From positions 192 through 64,191 of the forward strand of contig JBASBO010000216.1 of NCBI GenBank assembly GCA_049651165.1: DNA of 64,000 nucleotides, in the 5' to 3' direction. Position numbers and translations under genes: made by a program. The DNA is from Xanthobacteraceae bacterium (lineage in GTDB: Bacteria > Pseudomonadota > Alphaproteobacteria > Rhizobiales > Xanthobacteraceae). Positions 1 through 9,451 of the stretch are shown piece after piece (positions within the stretch are counted from its first letter, which is position 1; each line of letters begins with the position of its first letter). The notes below the pieces were generated by a model. The model saw only the letters and a list, made by a program, of their open reading frames with translations, was not told the origin of the DNA and did not search any database.

Positions 1-96
1 GAACGACACCGTCACCATCCGCCGGTTGGCGATGGCGAAGATCAGGAAGATGACGCCGAGCGGAATCAGCACCAGCGCGGTGAAAAACTTGCGCAT
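1..96 (-). CDS. LapA/DUF1049-family membrane protein, first 32 codons only (gene runs off the window start)
   Basis: Minus-strand ATG at 94-96. Translation MRKFFTALVLIPLGVIFLIFAIANRRMVTVSF is one TM helix followed by the ANRxxVxVSF-type signature I associate with DUF1049/LapA proteins. It lies directly downstream of ihfB, a common alphaproteobacterial arrangement. Confidence 0.5.
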   Translation of the reverse strand, partial: MRKFFTALVLIPLGVIFLIFAIANRRMVTVSF

Positions 97-297
97 CGCG
101 TCTCTCGCAAATGCCTTTCTTGCAAACGCCGCTACGGGACCGGCCCGTCCCGACGGCCGGCGAGACGCAACTCCGGCGCGCCGTCAGCGGCCGCCCGGCC
201 GGCGCGCCAATTGGACCATGCACGGGCGCAAAAATCCAGTCGGCAATGCCGACGCTCGCTGCTGCCTGCACCGGTAGAAATAAATATGGAGAGATAC

Positions 298-612
298 CTA
301 AGCGCCGGGCTGAGCGGCCTCGGCCGCCGGCGTGTCGCGGTTGAGCCGCTCGCGCATTTCCTTGCCGGTCTTGAAGAACGGCACGCTTTTCTGCTCCACC
401 GGCACATGCGCGCCGGTGCGCGGATTGCGGCCGGCGCGGGCCGGGCGATGCTTGACGGAAAACGCGCCGAACCCGCGCAACTCGACCCGATCGCCGCGCG
501 CCAGCGCCGCCACGATCTCGTCGAGGATGGCGTTGACGATTTTCTCGACATCGCGCTGATACAGGTGCGGATTGTGCTCGGCGATGCGCTGAACGAGTTC
601 GGATTTAATCAT
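298..612 (-). CDS. ihfB: integration host factor subunit beta
   Basis: 104-aa [36 protein letters not shown]...[34 protein letters not shown] fold with IHF-beta-type N-terminus and beta-arm. Confidence 0.95.
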   Translation of the reverse strand: MIKSELVQRIAEHNPHLYQRDVEKIVNAILDEIVAALARGDRVELRGFGAFSVKHRPARAGRNPRTGAHVPVEQKSVPFFKTGKEMRERLNRDTPAAEAAQPGA

Positions 613-802
613 CGAGATGGGGACCCGTGGCGTGCAGGCGACATTTCCTTGAAAAAGTCGCGGACTGTCAAGCGGCTAATTGGTTACCCGACCTTCGCAA
701 ATCGGTCCTTGGCAGGCAAGGCCGCCCGGTGCGGCCCACCGGCGCACGCCGCGTCTCCCCGAAATGCGATTCATATCCTTCAGCGTTGCCGCCCCCGCCG
801 GC

Positions 803-1783
803 TCACTGCGATGCCACGGGTTGCCACAGCGCGATCATGCCGTCTAGCGTCAGCCGATCCACCGCCTGCGCGACGCCGCTCTGCGCCACCTGGCGCGCCA
901 GCCCGTCGAGCCCGAGCGCGCGCAACGTCATCGCGGCCGTCGCGCGCAGGAACGTCAGGTCGCCGAACCGCGGCGACAGCTTGTAGTCGCGTACCGGCAG
1001 ATCGGGCTTGACCTTCTTTTCGGCGACCAGCCAGGCGACCGCGGTCTTCTCGTCGCCGAGTTGGTCGATCAGCTTGAGGTCGATCGCCTGCCGCCCGGTG
1101 AAGACGCGGCCGTCGGCGACCTTCTCAAGCTGGGCGTCGTTCATGGCGCGGCGGTTCCGCACCAGATCGCGAAACCAGGCGTAGGAATCCTTTACCAGCG
1201 CGTCGAGCGCGGCGCGCGCCTCGGGGCTGGTGGGCTCGTAGCCGCTCGGCGCGGCCTTCAGCGGCGAGGATTTCACCGATTCCACCTGCACGCCGACGGT
1301 TTTCAGGAGTTCGGTGAAGTTCGGGTACTGGAACAGCACGCCGATCGAGCCGACCAGCGAGCTTTGCTGCGCCACGATGTGGTCGGAGGCGAGCGCGGCG
1401 ATGTAGCCGCCCGACGCCGCCAGCCCCTCGACCACTACCACCAGCGGCTTTTTGGCCTTCAGCCGGATCAGCGAATCGTAGAGTTGCTCGGAGCCGGCGG
1501 TGGTGCCGCCGGGCGAGTTGATATGCACGATGACGGCGGCGACCGACGACTTCTCCAGCCGCTCCAGCGCCTCGACGCGCGCCTGATCGCTGCGGATCAG
1601 GCCGTCGATATTGATCCGTGCGATCGAACCCGAGCGTGACAGCGCCGAGCGTCCCGCCGGCAAGGCCAGAAGCCCCACCCCGACCACGGCCAGAATCGCC
1701 ACCGCGACGGCCACGACGCGCCAGAACGTCAGCTTGCGGCGAAGGCGGCGGCGATCGACGATCGCGTCGGAATCGAGCGACAT
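803..1783 (-). CDS. sppA: signal peptide peptidase SppA, 36K type (S49 peptidase)
   Basis: 326-aa ORF with an N-terminal membrane anchor (FWRVVAVAVAILAVVGVGLLAL). S49 core motifs VIVHINSPGGTTAGSE and GLAASGGYIAALASDHIVA. Confidence 0.9.
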   Translation of the reverse strand: MSLDSDAIVDRRRLRRKLTFWRVVAVAVAILAVVGVGLLALPAGRSALSRSGSIARINIDGLIRSDQARVEALERLEKSSVAAVIVHINSPGGTTAGSEQLYDSLIRLKAKKPLVVVVEGLAASGGYIAALASDHIVAQQSSLVGSIGVLFQYPNFTELLKTVGVQVESVKSSPLKAAPSGYEPTSPEARAALDALVKDSYAWFRDLVRNRRAMNDAQLEKVADGRVFTGRQAIDLKLIDQLGDEKTAVAWLVAEKKVKPDLPVRDYKLSPRFGDLTFLRATAAMTLRALGLDGLARQVAQSGVAQAVDRLTLDGMIALWQPVASQ

Positions 1784-1869
1784 GGCATTCTCCTGAGCCG
1801 TTCCCGGCGGGGTTGAAACGTCGCCCCTGCATTACATCAATCGCGCGGCAATTTGAAGAAAGCCGCTTT

Positions 1870-2000
1870 GTCGTCCCTGCGCAGGCAGGGACCCATAGTC
1901 CCTGGAGTCGCGATTTGGATAGCGTCTCCACGACGATCATGGACGCCTCGCGCAACGACGAATGACACTGCGTATGGGTCCCTGCCTGCGCAGGGACGAC
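1870..2000. repeat. REP/MITE-like element: 28-bp perfect inverted-repeat arms around a 75-bp core
   Basis: 1870-1897 'gtcgtccctgcgcaggcagggacccata' has its exact reverse complement at 1973-2000. Each arm is itself a hairpin (tccctgc-gcag-gcaggga). Lies in the sppA/rpsA intergenic space. Confidence 0.75.
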
Positions 2001-2022
2001 CTTCGTTAGAGAGGTTACACCC

Positions 2023-2054
2023 AAAACAAAAAGGCCCCGGTTCGCACCGGGGCC
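2023..2054 (-). terminator. rho-independent terminator of rpsA
   Basis: On the minus strand, about 30 nt after the rpsA stop: GGCCCCGG-tgcgaa-CCGGGGCC stem-loop (2033-2054) followed by TTTTTGTTTT (2023-2032). Confidence 0.75.
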
Positions 2055-2086
2055 TCGATGTTTCGCAAAGCGAACGGAGCGTCGGC

Positions 2087-3790
2087 TTACTTGCCGTCGC
2101 GCTGCTGCTTGAGCGCGGTGCCAAGAATGTCGCCCAGCGTCGCGCCGGAATCCGACGAGCCGTACTGTGCGATGGCTTCCTTCTCCTCGGCCACTTCCAG
2201 CGCCTTGATCGACACCTGGACCTTGCGGGCCTTCTTGTCGAACTGGATGACGCGGGCATCGACCTTCTCGCCGACGGCGAAGCGTTCGGTGCGCTGGTCG
2301 TTGCGGTCGCGCGCCAGTTCCGAGCGCTTGATGAAGGTCTGGAAGTCGGTGCCGGCGATCTGCACGTCGATGCCGCCGTCCTTGACGTCCAGTACCTCGC
2401 AGGTCACCACCGCGCCCTTCTTGACATCGCCCGGCTCGGCGAAGGGGTCGCCTTCAAGCTGCTTGATGCCGAGCGAGATGCGCTCCTTCTCGACATCGAC
2501 GTCGAGGACGATGGCCTTGACCATGTCGCCCTTCTTGAAGTTGTCGATGACCTGTTCGCCCGGCTGCTTCCAGTCGAGGTCGGACAGATGCACCATGCCG
2601 TCCACGTCGCCTTCGAGGCCGAGGAACAAACCGAACTCGGTCTTGTTCTTGACCTCGCCCTCGACGGTGGAGCCGACCGGGAACTTCTCGACGAACACTT
2701 CCCACGGATTGCGCATGGTCTGCTTGAGACCCAGCGAAATCCGGCGCTTGACGGCGTCGACCTCCAGCACCTGCACTTCGACTTCCTGCGAGGTCGAGAC
2801 GATCTTGCCGGGGTGCATGTTCTTCTTGGTCCACGACATCTCCGAGACGTGGATCAGGCCCTCGATGCCCGGCTCCAGTTCGACGAACGCGCCGTAGTCG
2901 GTGATGTTGGTGACGCGGCCGGTGAAGCGGGCGCCGAGCGGATACTTCGCCTCGATGCCCTGCCACGGATCGTCCAGCAACTGCTTCATGCCGAGCGAGA
3001 TGCGGTGCGTCTCGTGGTTGATCTTGATGATCTTGACCTTCACCGTCTGGCCGATGGTCAGCACCTCGGTCGGGTGATTGACGCGACGCCACGCGATATC
3101 GGTGACGTGCAGCAGGCCGTCGATGCCGCCGAGATCGACGAAGGCGCCGTAATCGGTGATGTTCTTGACGACGCCGTCGATCACCTGGCCTTCTTCGAGG
3201 TTCTGCACCAGCTCCTGACGCTGTTCGGCGCGGGTTTCTTCGAGAACCGTGCGGCGCGACACCACGATGTTGCCGCGGCGGCGATCCATCTTGAGGATCT
3301 GGAACGGCTGCGAATTGTTCATCAGCGGCGCGACGTCGCGGATCGGGCGGATATCGACCTGCGAGCGCGGCAGGAACGCCACGGCGCCGTCGAGATCGAC
3401 CGTGAAGCCGCCCTTGACCTGATTGAAGATGACGCCGGTGACCTTTTCGTTGTTCTGGAACGCCTTCTCCAGCTTGCCCCAGCTTTCCTCGCGGCGCGCC
3501 TTGTCGCGCGACAGCACGGCTTCGCCGAGCGCGTTCTCGATGCGGTCGAGGAACACCTCGACCTCGTCGCCGACCTTCAGCGTGCTGTCGCGGCCGGGCC
3601 CGGCGAATTCGCGCAGCGCCACGCGGCCCTCGGTCTTGAGGCCGACGTCGATGACGGCCATGTCCTTCTCGATCGCGACAACCTTGCCCTTGACGACGGA
3701 GCTTTCCTGCAAATTGCCGCCGGCGAAGGACTCGTCGAGCATCGCGGCGAAATCGTCGCGGGACGGGGTGTAAGTATCAGTCGAAGCCAT
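2087..3790 (-). CDS. rpsA: 30S ribosomal protein S1
   Basis: Six S1 (OB-fold) repeats, e.g. GKVVAIEKDMAVIDVGLKTEG, GVVKNITDYGAFVDLGGIDGLLHVTDI, GRVTNITDYGAFVELEPGIEGLIHVSEM. Start moved to MASTDTYTPSRDDF (cat at 3788-3790), which is preceded by GGAGAA. The ORF track's upstream extension to 3865 is not needed. Confidence 0.93.
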   Translation of the reverse strand: MASTDTYTPSRDDFAAMLDESFAGGNLQESSVVKGKVVAIEKDMAVIDVGLKTEGRVALREFAGPGRDSTLKVGDEVEVFLDRIENALGEAVLSRDKARREESWGKLEKAFQNNEKVTGVIFNQVKGGFTVDLDGAVAFLPRSQVDIRPIRDVAPLMNNSQPFQILKMDRRRGNIVVSRRTVLEETRAEQRQELVQNLEEGQVIDGVVKNITDYGAFVDLGGIDGLLHVTDIAWRRVNHPTEVLTIGQTVKVKIIKINHETHRISLGMKQLLDDPWQGIEAKYPLGARFTGRVTNITDYGAFVELEPGIEGLIHVSEMSWTKKNMHPGKIVSTSQEVEVQVLEVDAVKRRISLGLKQTMRNPWEVFVEKFPVGSTVEGEVKNKTEFGLFLGLEGDVDGMVHLSDLDWKQPGEQVIDNFKKGDMVKAIVLDVDVEKERISLGIKQLEGDPFAEPGDVKKGAVVTCEVLDVKDGGIDVQIAGTDFQTFIKRSELARDRNDQRTERFAVGEKVDARVIQFDKKARKVQVSIKALEVAEEKEAIAQYGSSDSGATLGDILGTALKQQRDGK

Positions 3791-4105
3791 TTGTTCTCCA
3801 GTGCGGGATGTGCCGGCCGTTCGGGTTGAAGGGCGTATCGCGCGTGGAGGGTCGAGGGTCCGCAACCCTTGACGACCGCGCCGCCTTATCCGCTTACGGG
3901 AAAATGGCGATCACGGGCCGGCCTGTGGCCTGCACGATCGATACGGTATCGATGCAATTCTGACGGCGTCTTTAATCCCGCAAAAAACAGGAAAGCAGAC
4001 GCATCGCTTAATAGCCGGGACCTGAGTGGACGCGCTGATCCAGAAAATTTCCTCAGGCCACCGGTTGCGAGGCCGAGCGGGGCGATCCTCCAAAACGGCA
4101 GGGGC

Positions 4106-4744
4106 TCAAACCCGTTGCCGGCCCGCTCGGACAGCCTCGACAATCGCGATGGCAGCCCGGACGCCGCCTTCTATATCCAAATGCGAATTATCGAGCAAGT
4201 GTGCGTCCGGCGCGGGCTTCAGCGGAGCCACGGCGCGGTTCCGGTCGCGGTCGTCGCGCTTGAGGATATCCGCCAGCACCAGCGCTTCGTCGGCCGCCTC
4301 GCCCCGGGCGCGGGCTTCCAGCGTGCGGCGGCGGGCCCGCACCTCGGGCGCGGCGACCACGAAGATCTTCACGTCGGCGTCGGGGCAGATTACGGTGCCG
4401 ATGTCGCGGCCGTCGAGCACCGCGCCGGGCGGTTCCGCCGCGAACTGGCGCTGGAACGTCACCAGCGCCTCGCGCACTGGCGGATAGGCGGAGATCACAG
4501 AGGCGGCGTCGCCCACGGCCTGCGTCTTCAGCACCGGATCGCCGAATTTTTCGGGGTCGAGTTCCGTGGCGGCGGCGACCGCGGCGGCCTCGTCGGCGAG
4601 GTCGGCCCCGGCGTCCAGCAGCGCCCGAGCGACCGCGCGGTAAATCACCCCGGTGTCGAGATGGCGGAAATGGTAGTGCGCGGCGAGCCGCTTGCCGAGC
4701 GTGCCTTTCCCTGACGCGGCGGGACCGTCGATGGCGATGATCAT
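4106..4744 (-). CDS. cmk: (d)CMP kinase (cytidylate kinase)
   Basis: [39 protein letters not shown]: P-loop plus typical Cmk N-terminus. ATGA overlap with the aroA stop. Canonical aroA-cmk-rpsA order. Confidence 0.93.
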   Translation of the reverse strand: MIIAIDGPAASGKGTLGKRLAAHYHFRHLDTGVIYRAVARALLDAGADLADEAAAVAAATELDPEKFGDPVLKTQAVGDAASVISAYPPVREALVTFQRQFAAEPPGAVLDGRDIGTVICPDADVKIFVVAAPEVRARRRTLEARARGEAADEALVLADILKRDDRDRNRAVAPLKPAPDAHLLDNSHLDIEGGVRAAIAIVEAVRAGRQRV

Positions 4745-6078
4745 GCGAAGTCCGCCCCCAGCCGCCGCATCATCGGGATGAAATCCGGGAAGCTGGTGGC
4801 GATGAAGGCGGTATCGTCCACCGCCACCGGCTTGTCGGCGGCGCAGCCCATCGCCAGCGCCGACATGGCGATGCGATGGTCCATGTGGGTGGCGACCACG
4901 CCGCCGCCCGGCACATGGCCCTTGCCCTCGACGATCATGTCGTCGCCCTCGATCGTCACGGCAACGCCGTTGACCCGCAGCATGGCGGCGGTGGCCTCCA
5001 GCCGGTCGGATTCCTTGACCCGCAATTCGTGCAACCCGCGCATGATCGTGGTGCCCTCGGCGAAGGCGGCCGCAACCGCGAGCACCAGATATTCGTCGAT
5101 CATCGACGGCGCGCGCGACGCCGGCACTTCGACGCCGCGCAGCTTCGAGGCCCGCACCCGCAATTGCGCCATCGGCTCGCCGGCATCGTTGCGCCTGCCG
5201 CTCTCCTCGATCGACGCGCCCATCTCGCGCAGCGTCGTGAACAGGCCGGTGCGCAGCGGATTGGTCATCACATCATCGAGCGTGACGTCGGAGCCCGGCA
5301 CGATCAGCGCCGCGACCACCGGGAACGCCGCCGACGACGGGTCGGCCGGCACCGCCACCGCCGCGCCGTGCAACTCCGGCTGGCCGGTCAGCGAAATCCT
5401 GCGGCCGGAAGCGCTATCGGCCACCGACACGACGTTCGCGCCGAAATGCTGGAGCATCAGTTCGGTATGGTCGCGGCTCCAGGCCGGCTCGATCACCGTG
5501 GTGACGCCGGGCGCGGCGAGGCCGGCCAGAAGCACCGCCGACTTGATCTGGGCCGAGGCGACCGGCGAGCGATATTCGATCGGCAGCGGATCGCGCGCGC
5601 CTTGCAGCGTCAGCGGCAGCCGGCCGCCGTCGCTTTGCGCCGTCACCCTCGCCCCCATCAGCGCCAGTGGATCGACGATGCGGCGCATCGGCCGCGAGCG
5701 CAGCGAGGCGTCGCCGTCGAAGGTGACGCTGATCGGACAGCCGGCTACCGCGCCCATCACCAGCCGGCAGCCGGTGCCGGAATTGCCGAAATCGAGCGCG
5801 GCCGCCGGCTCCGCGAAGCCGGCGACGCCCGTGCCCCGCACCGACCAGTGTCCGTCGCCATGACGCTCGACTTGCGCGCCGAGCGCGCGCATCGCCTTGG
5901 CGGTGTTGAGCACGTCCTCGCTTTCCAACAGGCCGGTGATGCGGGTTTCGCCCACCGCCAGCGCCCCGAGAATCAGGGCGCGGTGCGAGATCGACTTGTC
6001 GCCGCCGACCCGGACCCGCCCGATCAACGGCGAGCTTGCGGCGGCCCGAAGCGGCGAGAGCTGGCTGGAATGAGTCAC
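4741..6078 (-). CDS. aroA: 3-phosphoshikimate 1-carboxyvinyltransferase (EPSP synthase)
   Basis: 445-aa ORF with [34 protein letters not shown] and LRVKESDRL motifs characteristic of EPSP synthase. Confidence 0.95.
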   Translation of the reverse strand: MTHSSQLSPLRAAASSPLIGRVRVGGDKSISHRALILGALAVGETRITGLLESEDVLNTAKAMRALGAQVERHGDGHWSVRGTGVAGFAEPAAALDFGNSGTGCRLVMGAVAGCPISVTFDGDASLRSRPMRRIVDPLALMGARVTAQSDGGRLPLTLQGARDPLPIEYRSPVASAQIKSAVLLAGLAAPGVTTVIEPAWSRDHTELMLQHFGANVVSVADSASGRRISLTGQPELHGAAVAVPADPSSAAFPVVAALIVPGSDVTLDDVMTNPLRTGLFTTLREMGASIEESGRRNDAGEPMAQLRVRASKLRGVEVPASRAPSMIDEYLVLAVAAAFAEGTTIMRGLHELRVKESDRLEATAAMLRVNGVAVTIEGDDMIVEGKGHVPGGGVVATHMDHRIAMSALAMGCAADKPVAVDDTAFIATSFPDFIPMMRRLGADFA

Positions 6079-6235
6079 GATCGCAATCCTTTATCAGGCC
6101 GGGCTGGTAACATACCCTTTCGGCTGCGTCACGCCGCCGCCGCGCACCCGCCGGACTGCGCGCGCAAGGCTATTGACAGCGCCCCGACAACTAGCCAAGT
6201 GATGCACCGCTTTCAGAAGTCCCCAGGATTGACAC

Positions 6236-6637
6236 GTGGCCAAATCCGACCTTGGAACCAAACGTATTTGCCCGACCACGGGCAAGAAATTCTACGATCT
6301 GAACAAGAATCCGGTGATTTCGCCCTATACCGGCGAGGTCGTGCCGATCGCGCCGGTTGCCCCGCCTCGCGGCCGTCCGGATACTGCGTCGCGCGCTACC
6401 GCCGACGACATGCCCGAGACGGCCGACGCCGAGAACATGGTCTCGCTGGAGGAGGCCGACGCCGAGGAAAAAACCGGCAAGGTCAAGGCCGTCACCCCCG
6501 AATCGGAAGACGATATCGAGGTTGACGATACGCTCGACGACGATGATGACGACTCGACTTTCATCGCCGACGAGGAGGAAGGCGATGAGGATGTCACCGA
6601 TATCATCGGCGACGTCTCCGACGACGAGGAAAGCTGA
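6236..6637 (+). CDS. TIGR02300 (FYDLN_acid) family protein: zinc-ribbon-like N-terminus with an acidic tail
   Basis: GTG start. MAKSDLGTKRICPTTGKKFYDLNKNPVISPYTGEVV followed by a D/E-rich C-terminus (DDTLDDDDDDSTFIADEEEGDEDV). Matches my memory of this conserved family. Confidence 0.8.
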   Translation: MAKSDLGTKRICPTTGKKFYDLNKNPVISPYTGEVVPIAPVAPPRGRPDTASRATADDMPETADAENMVSLEEADAEEKTGKVKAVTPESEDDIEVDDTLDDDDDDSTFIADEEEGDEDVTDIIGDVSDDEES

Positions 6638-6728
6638 CCCGATAAAAGGGACTTGAGATCGGCCCTGATCTGTGGTCAGGGTTGCGCGCCGCGCGTCGGA
6701 CGAATACCCGGGACGCGTGATCGGTGAA

Positions 6729-6802
<74 letters not shown>

Positions 6803-6804
<2 letters not shown>

Positions 6805-6973
6805 CGCTTCGCCTTCGGCTACGCGTGGCGCAGCCACGGTGCCGAAGGCGAAGCGTGTCCGGCGTAGCCCTTGGGGCGAAGACGGACTGAAGCCTCCCAA
6901 TATGACATTCTCAGCCTTTGGTGCAAATATCTACGCTTAGTCGAGCTACGTATGGCGTAGCCGAAGGCGAAGC
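6803..6973. repeat. REP-like repeats at the tRNA 3' end: three copies of the core gccgaaggcgaagc (one inverted)
   Basis: A 17-bp stem pairs 6803-6819 with 6841-6857 and starts inside the tRNA CCA end. In addition, 6806-6824 'gcttcgccttcggctacgc' is the exact reverse complement of 6955-6973 (19 bp). Confidence 0.7.
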
Positions 6974-6978
6974 ACGCG

Positions 6979-7275
6979 ATGTGGTACGTCCATATCATCC
7001 GCAGCAGAGGCGTACCCGATCAAGAATACACCGGTGCGACCTCTGATCTGAAGCGGCGCTTGGCCGACCACAATGCCGGGAAATCTTCGCACACAGCGAA
7101 ATACAAGCCATGGGAATTAGCCTGGTATTGCGCTTTCCCAGACAAGCACCAGGCTCTCGACTTCGAAAAATACCTGAAGTCACATTCCGGTCGGGCATTC
7201 GCAAAAAAGCGTCTCTTGTGCTTTAGTTCTTCTGTATCATACCAAAGCCTCACAAGAAGCGCCCATGACAACTGA
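6979..7275 (+). CDS. GIY-YIG nuclease family protein (small stand-alone type)
   Basis: MWYVHIIRSRGVPDQEYTGATSDLKRRLADHNAGKSSHTAKYKPWELAWYCAF...ALDFEKYLKSHSGRAFAKKRL. Contains GIY-like/YTG motifs, the conserved R and the E of the GIY-YIG fold. Visibly AT-richer than its flanks. The 3' end overlaps the next gene by 11 nt. Confidence 0.8.
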   Translation: MWYVHIIRSRGVPDQEYTGATSDLKRRLADHNAGKSSHTAKYKPWELAWYCAFPDKHQALDFEKYLKSHSGRAFAKKRLLCFSSSVSYQSLTRSAHDN

Positions 7276-8482
7276 ACCGACCCCGATTCCCGGCCAGGAA
7301 GCCATCGCCGGACTGCGCGTGATCGACCTGTCGCGCGTCCTCGGCGGACCCTACTGCACCCAGATTCTCGCCGACCACGGTGCCGACATCGTCAAGGTGG
7401 AGCCGCCGGCCGGCGACGAGACGCGCGACTGGGGCCCTCCGTTCCATGAGGAGGATTCGTCCTATTACATCGGAACCAACCGCAACAAGCGCGCGATCGG
7501 CCTCGACCTCGCTTCCGAGGGCGGCCGCGCGGTGCTGATGAAAATGCTCGAAACCGCCGACGTGCTGATCGAGAATTTCAAGCCCGGCACGCTCGACAAA
7601 TGGGGCATCGGCAAGGACGTGCTGCGCGAGAGATTCCCGCGCCTGGTCCATTGCCGGATTTCCGGCTTCGGCGCCGACGGCCCCCATGGCGGCCACCCCG
7701 GCTACGACGCCATCATTCAGAGCATGACCGGCATGATGGCCGCCACCGGCTCGCCGGAAAGCGGCCCGACCCGCATCGGCGTGGCGCTGGTCGACATCAC
7801 CACCGGCCTCTACGCCACGGTCGGCATCCTGATGGCGCTCGCCGAGCGGGCAAAATCGGGCAAGGGCCAGTTCCTCGAAACCACGCTGTTCGAGACCGGC
7901 CTCGCCATCATGCACCCGCACACCGCCAACTACTTCTTCACCGGCAAGCCGCCGGCGCTGACCGGTAACGAGCATCCTAATCTGGTGCCCTATTCGGTGT
8001 TCCCGGCGCGCGACGGCAACATCTTCATGGGGGTGGGCAACGACGGCACCTTCCGCAAGCTGTGCCGCGAACTCGGCCGGCCGGAGCTGGGCACCGACCC
8101 GCGCTTCGCCCGCAACCGCGACCGCCTCGCCAACCGGCAGGCGCTGCGCGACGAACTGGAGGCGATCCTCAAGGATCATGACAGCGAGCCGTTGTGCCGC
8201 CGCCTGCTTGCTGCCGGGTTGCCGGCCGGCCCGGTGCAGGGAATCGACAAGGCGCTCACCAGCGAGCACGCCAGGCATCGCGGCGATATCATCGAGAAGG
8301 ATTGGTACAAGGGCGTGGCCTCGCCGATCCGCTTCGAGCGCACCAAGGCGACGCTGCGCCGCGTGCCGCCGAAGTTCGGCGAGCATACCGAGGCGGTGCT
8401 GGCGGAATACGGCTATTCCAGCCGGCAGATCGCCGACTTGGTGGCGCAGGGCGCGGTGTGCGGCAAGGAGCGGCGGCGCTGA
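7265..8482 (+). CDS. family III CoA-transferase (CaiB/BaiF family)
   Basis: LRVIDLSRVLGGPYCTQILADHGADIVKVEPPAGDETRDWGPPF is the hallmark N-terminal region of CaiB/BaiF/formyl-CoA-transferase-type enzymes. 405 aa. Confidence 0.88.
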   Translation: MTTEPTPIPGQEAIAGLRVIDLSRVLGGPYCTQILADHGADIVKVEPPAGDETRDWGPPFHEEDSSYYIGTNRNKRAIGLDLASEGGRAVLMKMLETADVLIENFKPGTLDKWGIGKDVLRERFPRLVHCRISGFGADGPHGGHPGYDAIIQSMTGMMAATGSPESGPTRIGVALVDITTGLYATVGILMALAERAKSGKGQFLETTLFETGLAIMHPHTANYFFTGKPPALTGNEHPNLVPYSVFPARDGNIFMGVGNDGTFRKLCRELGRPELGTDPRFARNRDRLANRQALRDELEAILKDHDSEPLCRRLLAAGLPAGPVQGIDKALTSEHARHRGDIIEKDWYKGVASPIRFERTKATLRRVPPKFGEHTEAVLAEYGYSSRQIADLVAQGAVCGKERRR

Positions 8483-8512
8483 CGTTGCGACGTTATTAAG
8501 GTCGTTTCAAAA

Positions 8513-8549
8513 CAAAAGCGGCGGCGCTCGATGCGCCGCCGCTTTTGTT
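8513..8549. terminator. bidirectional rho-independent terminator between convergent genes
   Basis: caaaa-GCGGCGGCGC-tcgat-GCGCCGCCGC-ttttgtt: a 10-bp GC stem flanked by an A-run and a T-run. Placed between the CoA-transferase (+) and DUF1150 (-) stops. Confidence 0.75.
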
Positions 8550-8620
8550 GGAACCGTCCGTTGCGACCCGCCCGCGACGGGCCGCCCGTTACGTCCCCCC
8601 AGCCAGCCGGGCGGGACGCG

Positions 8621-8887
8621 TCAATGGACGCTGACGGCTTGCAGTTCGTTGCTCCAGGCGCTGGCGATGGCGGCCTCGCGCGAGTCGGTCAGCATCATCG
8701 GCGTGCCGTCGGCGGCATGAAGCGCGAACAGCTTGGTGCCCGGTGCAAGCTCCGGCGCCTGCGGGAACATCCCGCGGACGTCCTCGGACCGGATCTCCTT
8801 GACGTAGGCAATATGGCCGCCGCCAAGGCTGGCGAGCGCCTCGGGCGTCACGGTATGCGGGGTGAAAGCGTTGTTCGGTTCGGTCAT
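8621..8887 (-). CDS. DUF1150 family protein
   Basis: 88-aa ORF ...GGGHIAYVKEIRSEDVRGMFPQAPELAPGTKLFALHAADGTPMMLTDSREAAIASAW. This family is typically found immediately downstream of an hsp20 gene in alphaproteobacteria, as here. Confidence 0.75.
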   Translation of the reverse strand: MTEPNNAFTPHTVTPEALASLGGGHIAYVKEIRSEDVRGMFPQAPELAPGTKLFALHAADGTPMMLTDSREAAIASAWSNELQAVSVH

Positions 8888-8938
8888 GGTCTCGACTCCT
8901 CTACAGTTACAAGCGGTCGAGTCCGCTCCTACTCAAGA

Positions 8939-9364
8939 TTATTCGTGCTCATTGATAGCGATTGTCTTAACGACCCGTTCAGGTTCCGGCCTGGCCAGAT
9001 CGATCGACAACAGCCCGTTTTTCAAGTCCGCGCCCAGCACCAGCATCCCCTCCGCCAGCACGAAGGTGCGCTGGAAGTGGCGCGCGGCGATGCCGCGATG
9101 GATGTATTGCCGGGTCTTGTCGTCCTGCTGGCGGCCGCGGATGACGAGCTGATTTTCCTCCATGGTGACATCGAGCTGGTCGCGGGTGAAACCCGCCACC
9201 GCCAGCGTGATGCGCAGGCGCTCGGGCTGACCGTTGGCGCGGTCGCACCGCTCGATGTTATAAGGAGGGTAGCCGTCGGAGCCTTTCACGACGCGGTCGA
9301 GCGCACGCTCGATCTCGTCAAATCCCAAAAGGAACGGACTGGACAACGAAGGAACACGAGACAT
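8939..9364 (-). CDS. Hsp20/alpha-crystallin family small heat-shock protein (IbpA-like)
   Basis: GYPPYNIERCDRANGQPERLRITLAVAGFTRDQLDVTMEENQLVIRGRQQDD...YIHRGIAARHFQRTFVLAEGMLVLGADLKNGLLSIDL: a full alpha-crystallin domain. Confidence 0.9.
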   Translation of the reverse strand: MSRVPSLSSPFLLGFDEIERALDRVVKGSDGYPPYNIERCDRANGQPERLRITLAVAGFTRDQLDVTMEENQLVIRGRQQDDKTRQYIHRGIAARHFQRTFVLAEGMLVLGADLKNGLLSIDLARPEPERVVKTIAINEHE

Positions 9365-9451
9365 TCCAAAGCCCTCTCGAAGCGACTTTGTGGTTGGGCC
9401 CTTGCGGCACCCGGTTCGACCGATCGGCCCTAAGCCCTCCGGTCATTGCAC

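Noticed and set aside
1853-3829. 658-aa plus-strand ORF, the longest in this part of the track
   Set aside because: It lies entirely antisense to rpsA, whose product is unmistakable. The translation is Leu/Asp/Arg/Ala-rich low-complexity sequence with no domain I recognise. This is the classic shadow ORF of high-GC DNA. The same reasoning applies to 7250-8386(-), 9555-10868(+), 15121-16443(-), 25141-26235(-), 31120-32409(+), 33951-35819(+), 36856-38538(+), 47325-48692(-), 58664-60013(+) and 61273-62328(+).
3791-4105. Possible small genes or an sRNA in the 315-bp rpsA upstream region (track ORFs 3886-4143, 3911-4093)
   Set aside because: The ORFs overlap each other and the cmk 3' end, and they lack an RBS or any motif. 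A long structured rpsA 5' leader is normal because S1 is autoregulated. Nothing specific could be supported from sequence alone.
6480-6637. Apparent GAC/GAT/GAG-rich tandem repeat
   Set aside because: This is the coding sequence of the acidic D/E tail of the TIGR02300 protein, i.e. codon-level low complexity. It is not a DNA repeat element. The antisense ORFs 6191-6736 and 6325-6606 are shadows of it.
9365-9451. ROSE RNA thermometer in the hsp20 leader
   Set aside because: It is expected from Bradyrhizobium biology, but I could not find the conserved 3' hairpin pairing a U-rich/GCU stretch with the Shine-Dalgarno sequence. Left as an open check under findings rather than called as a feature.
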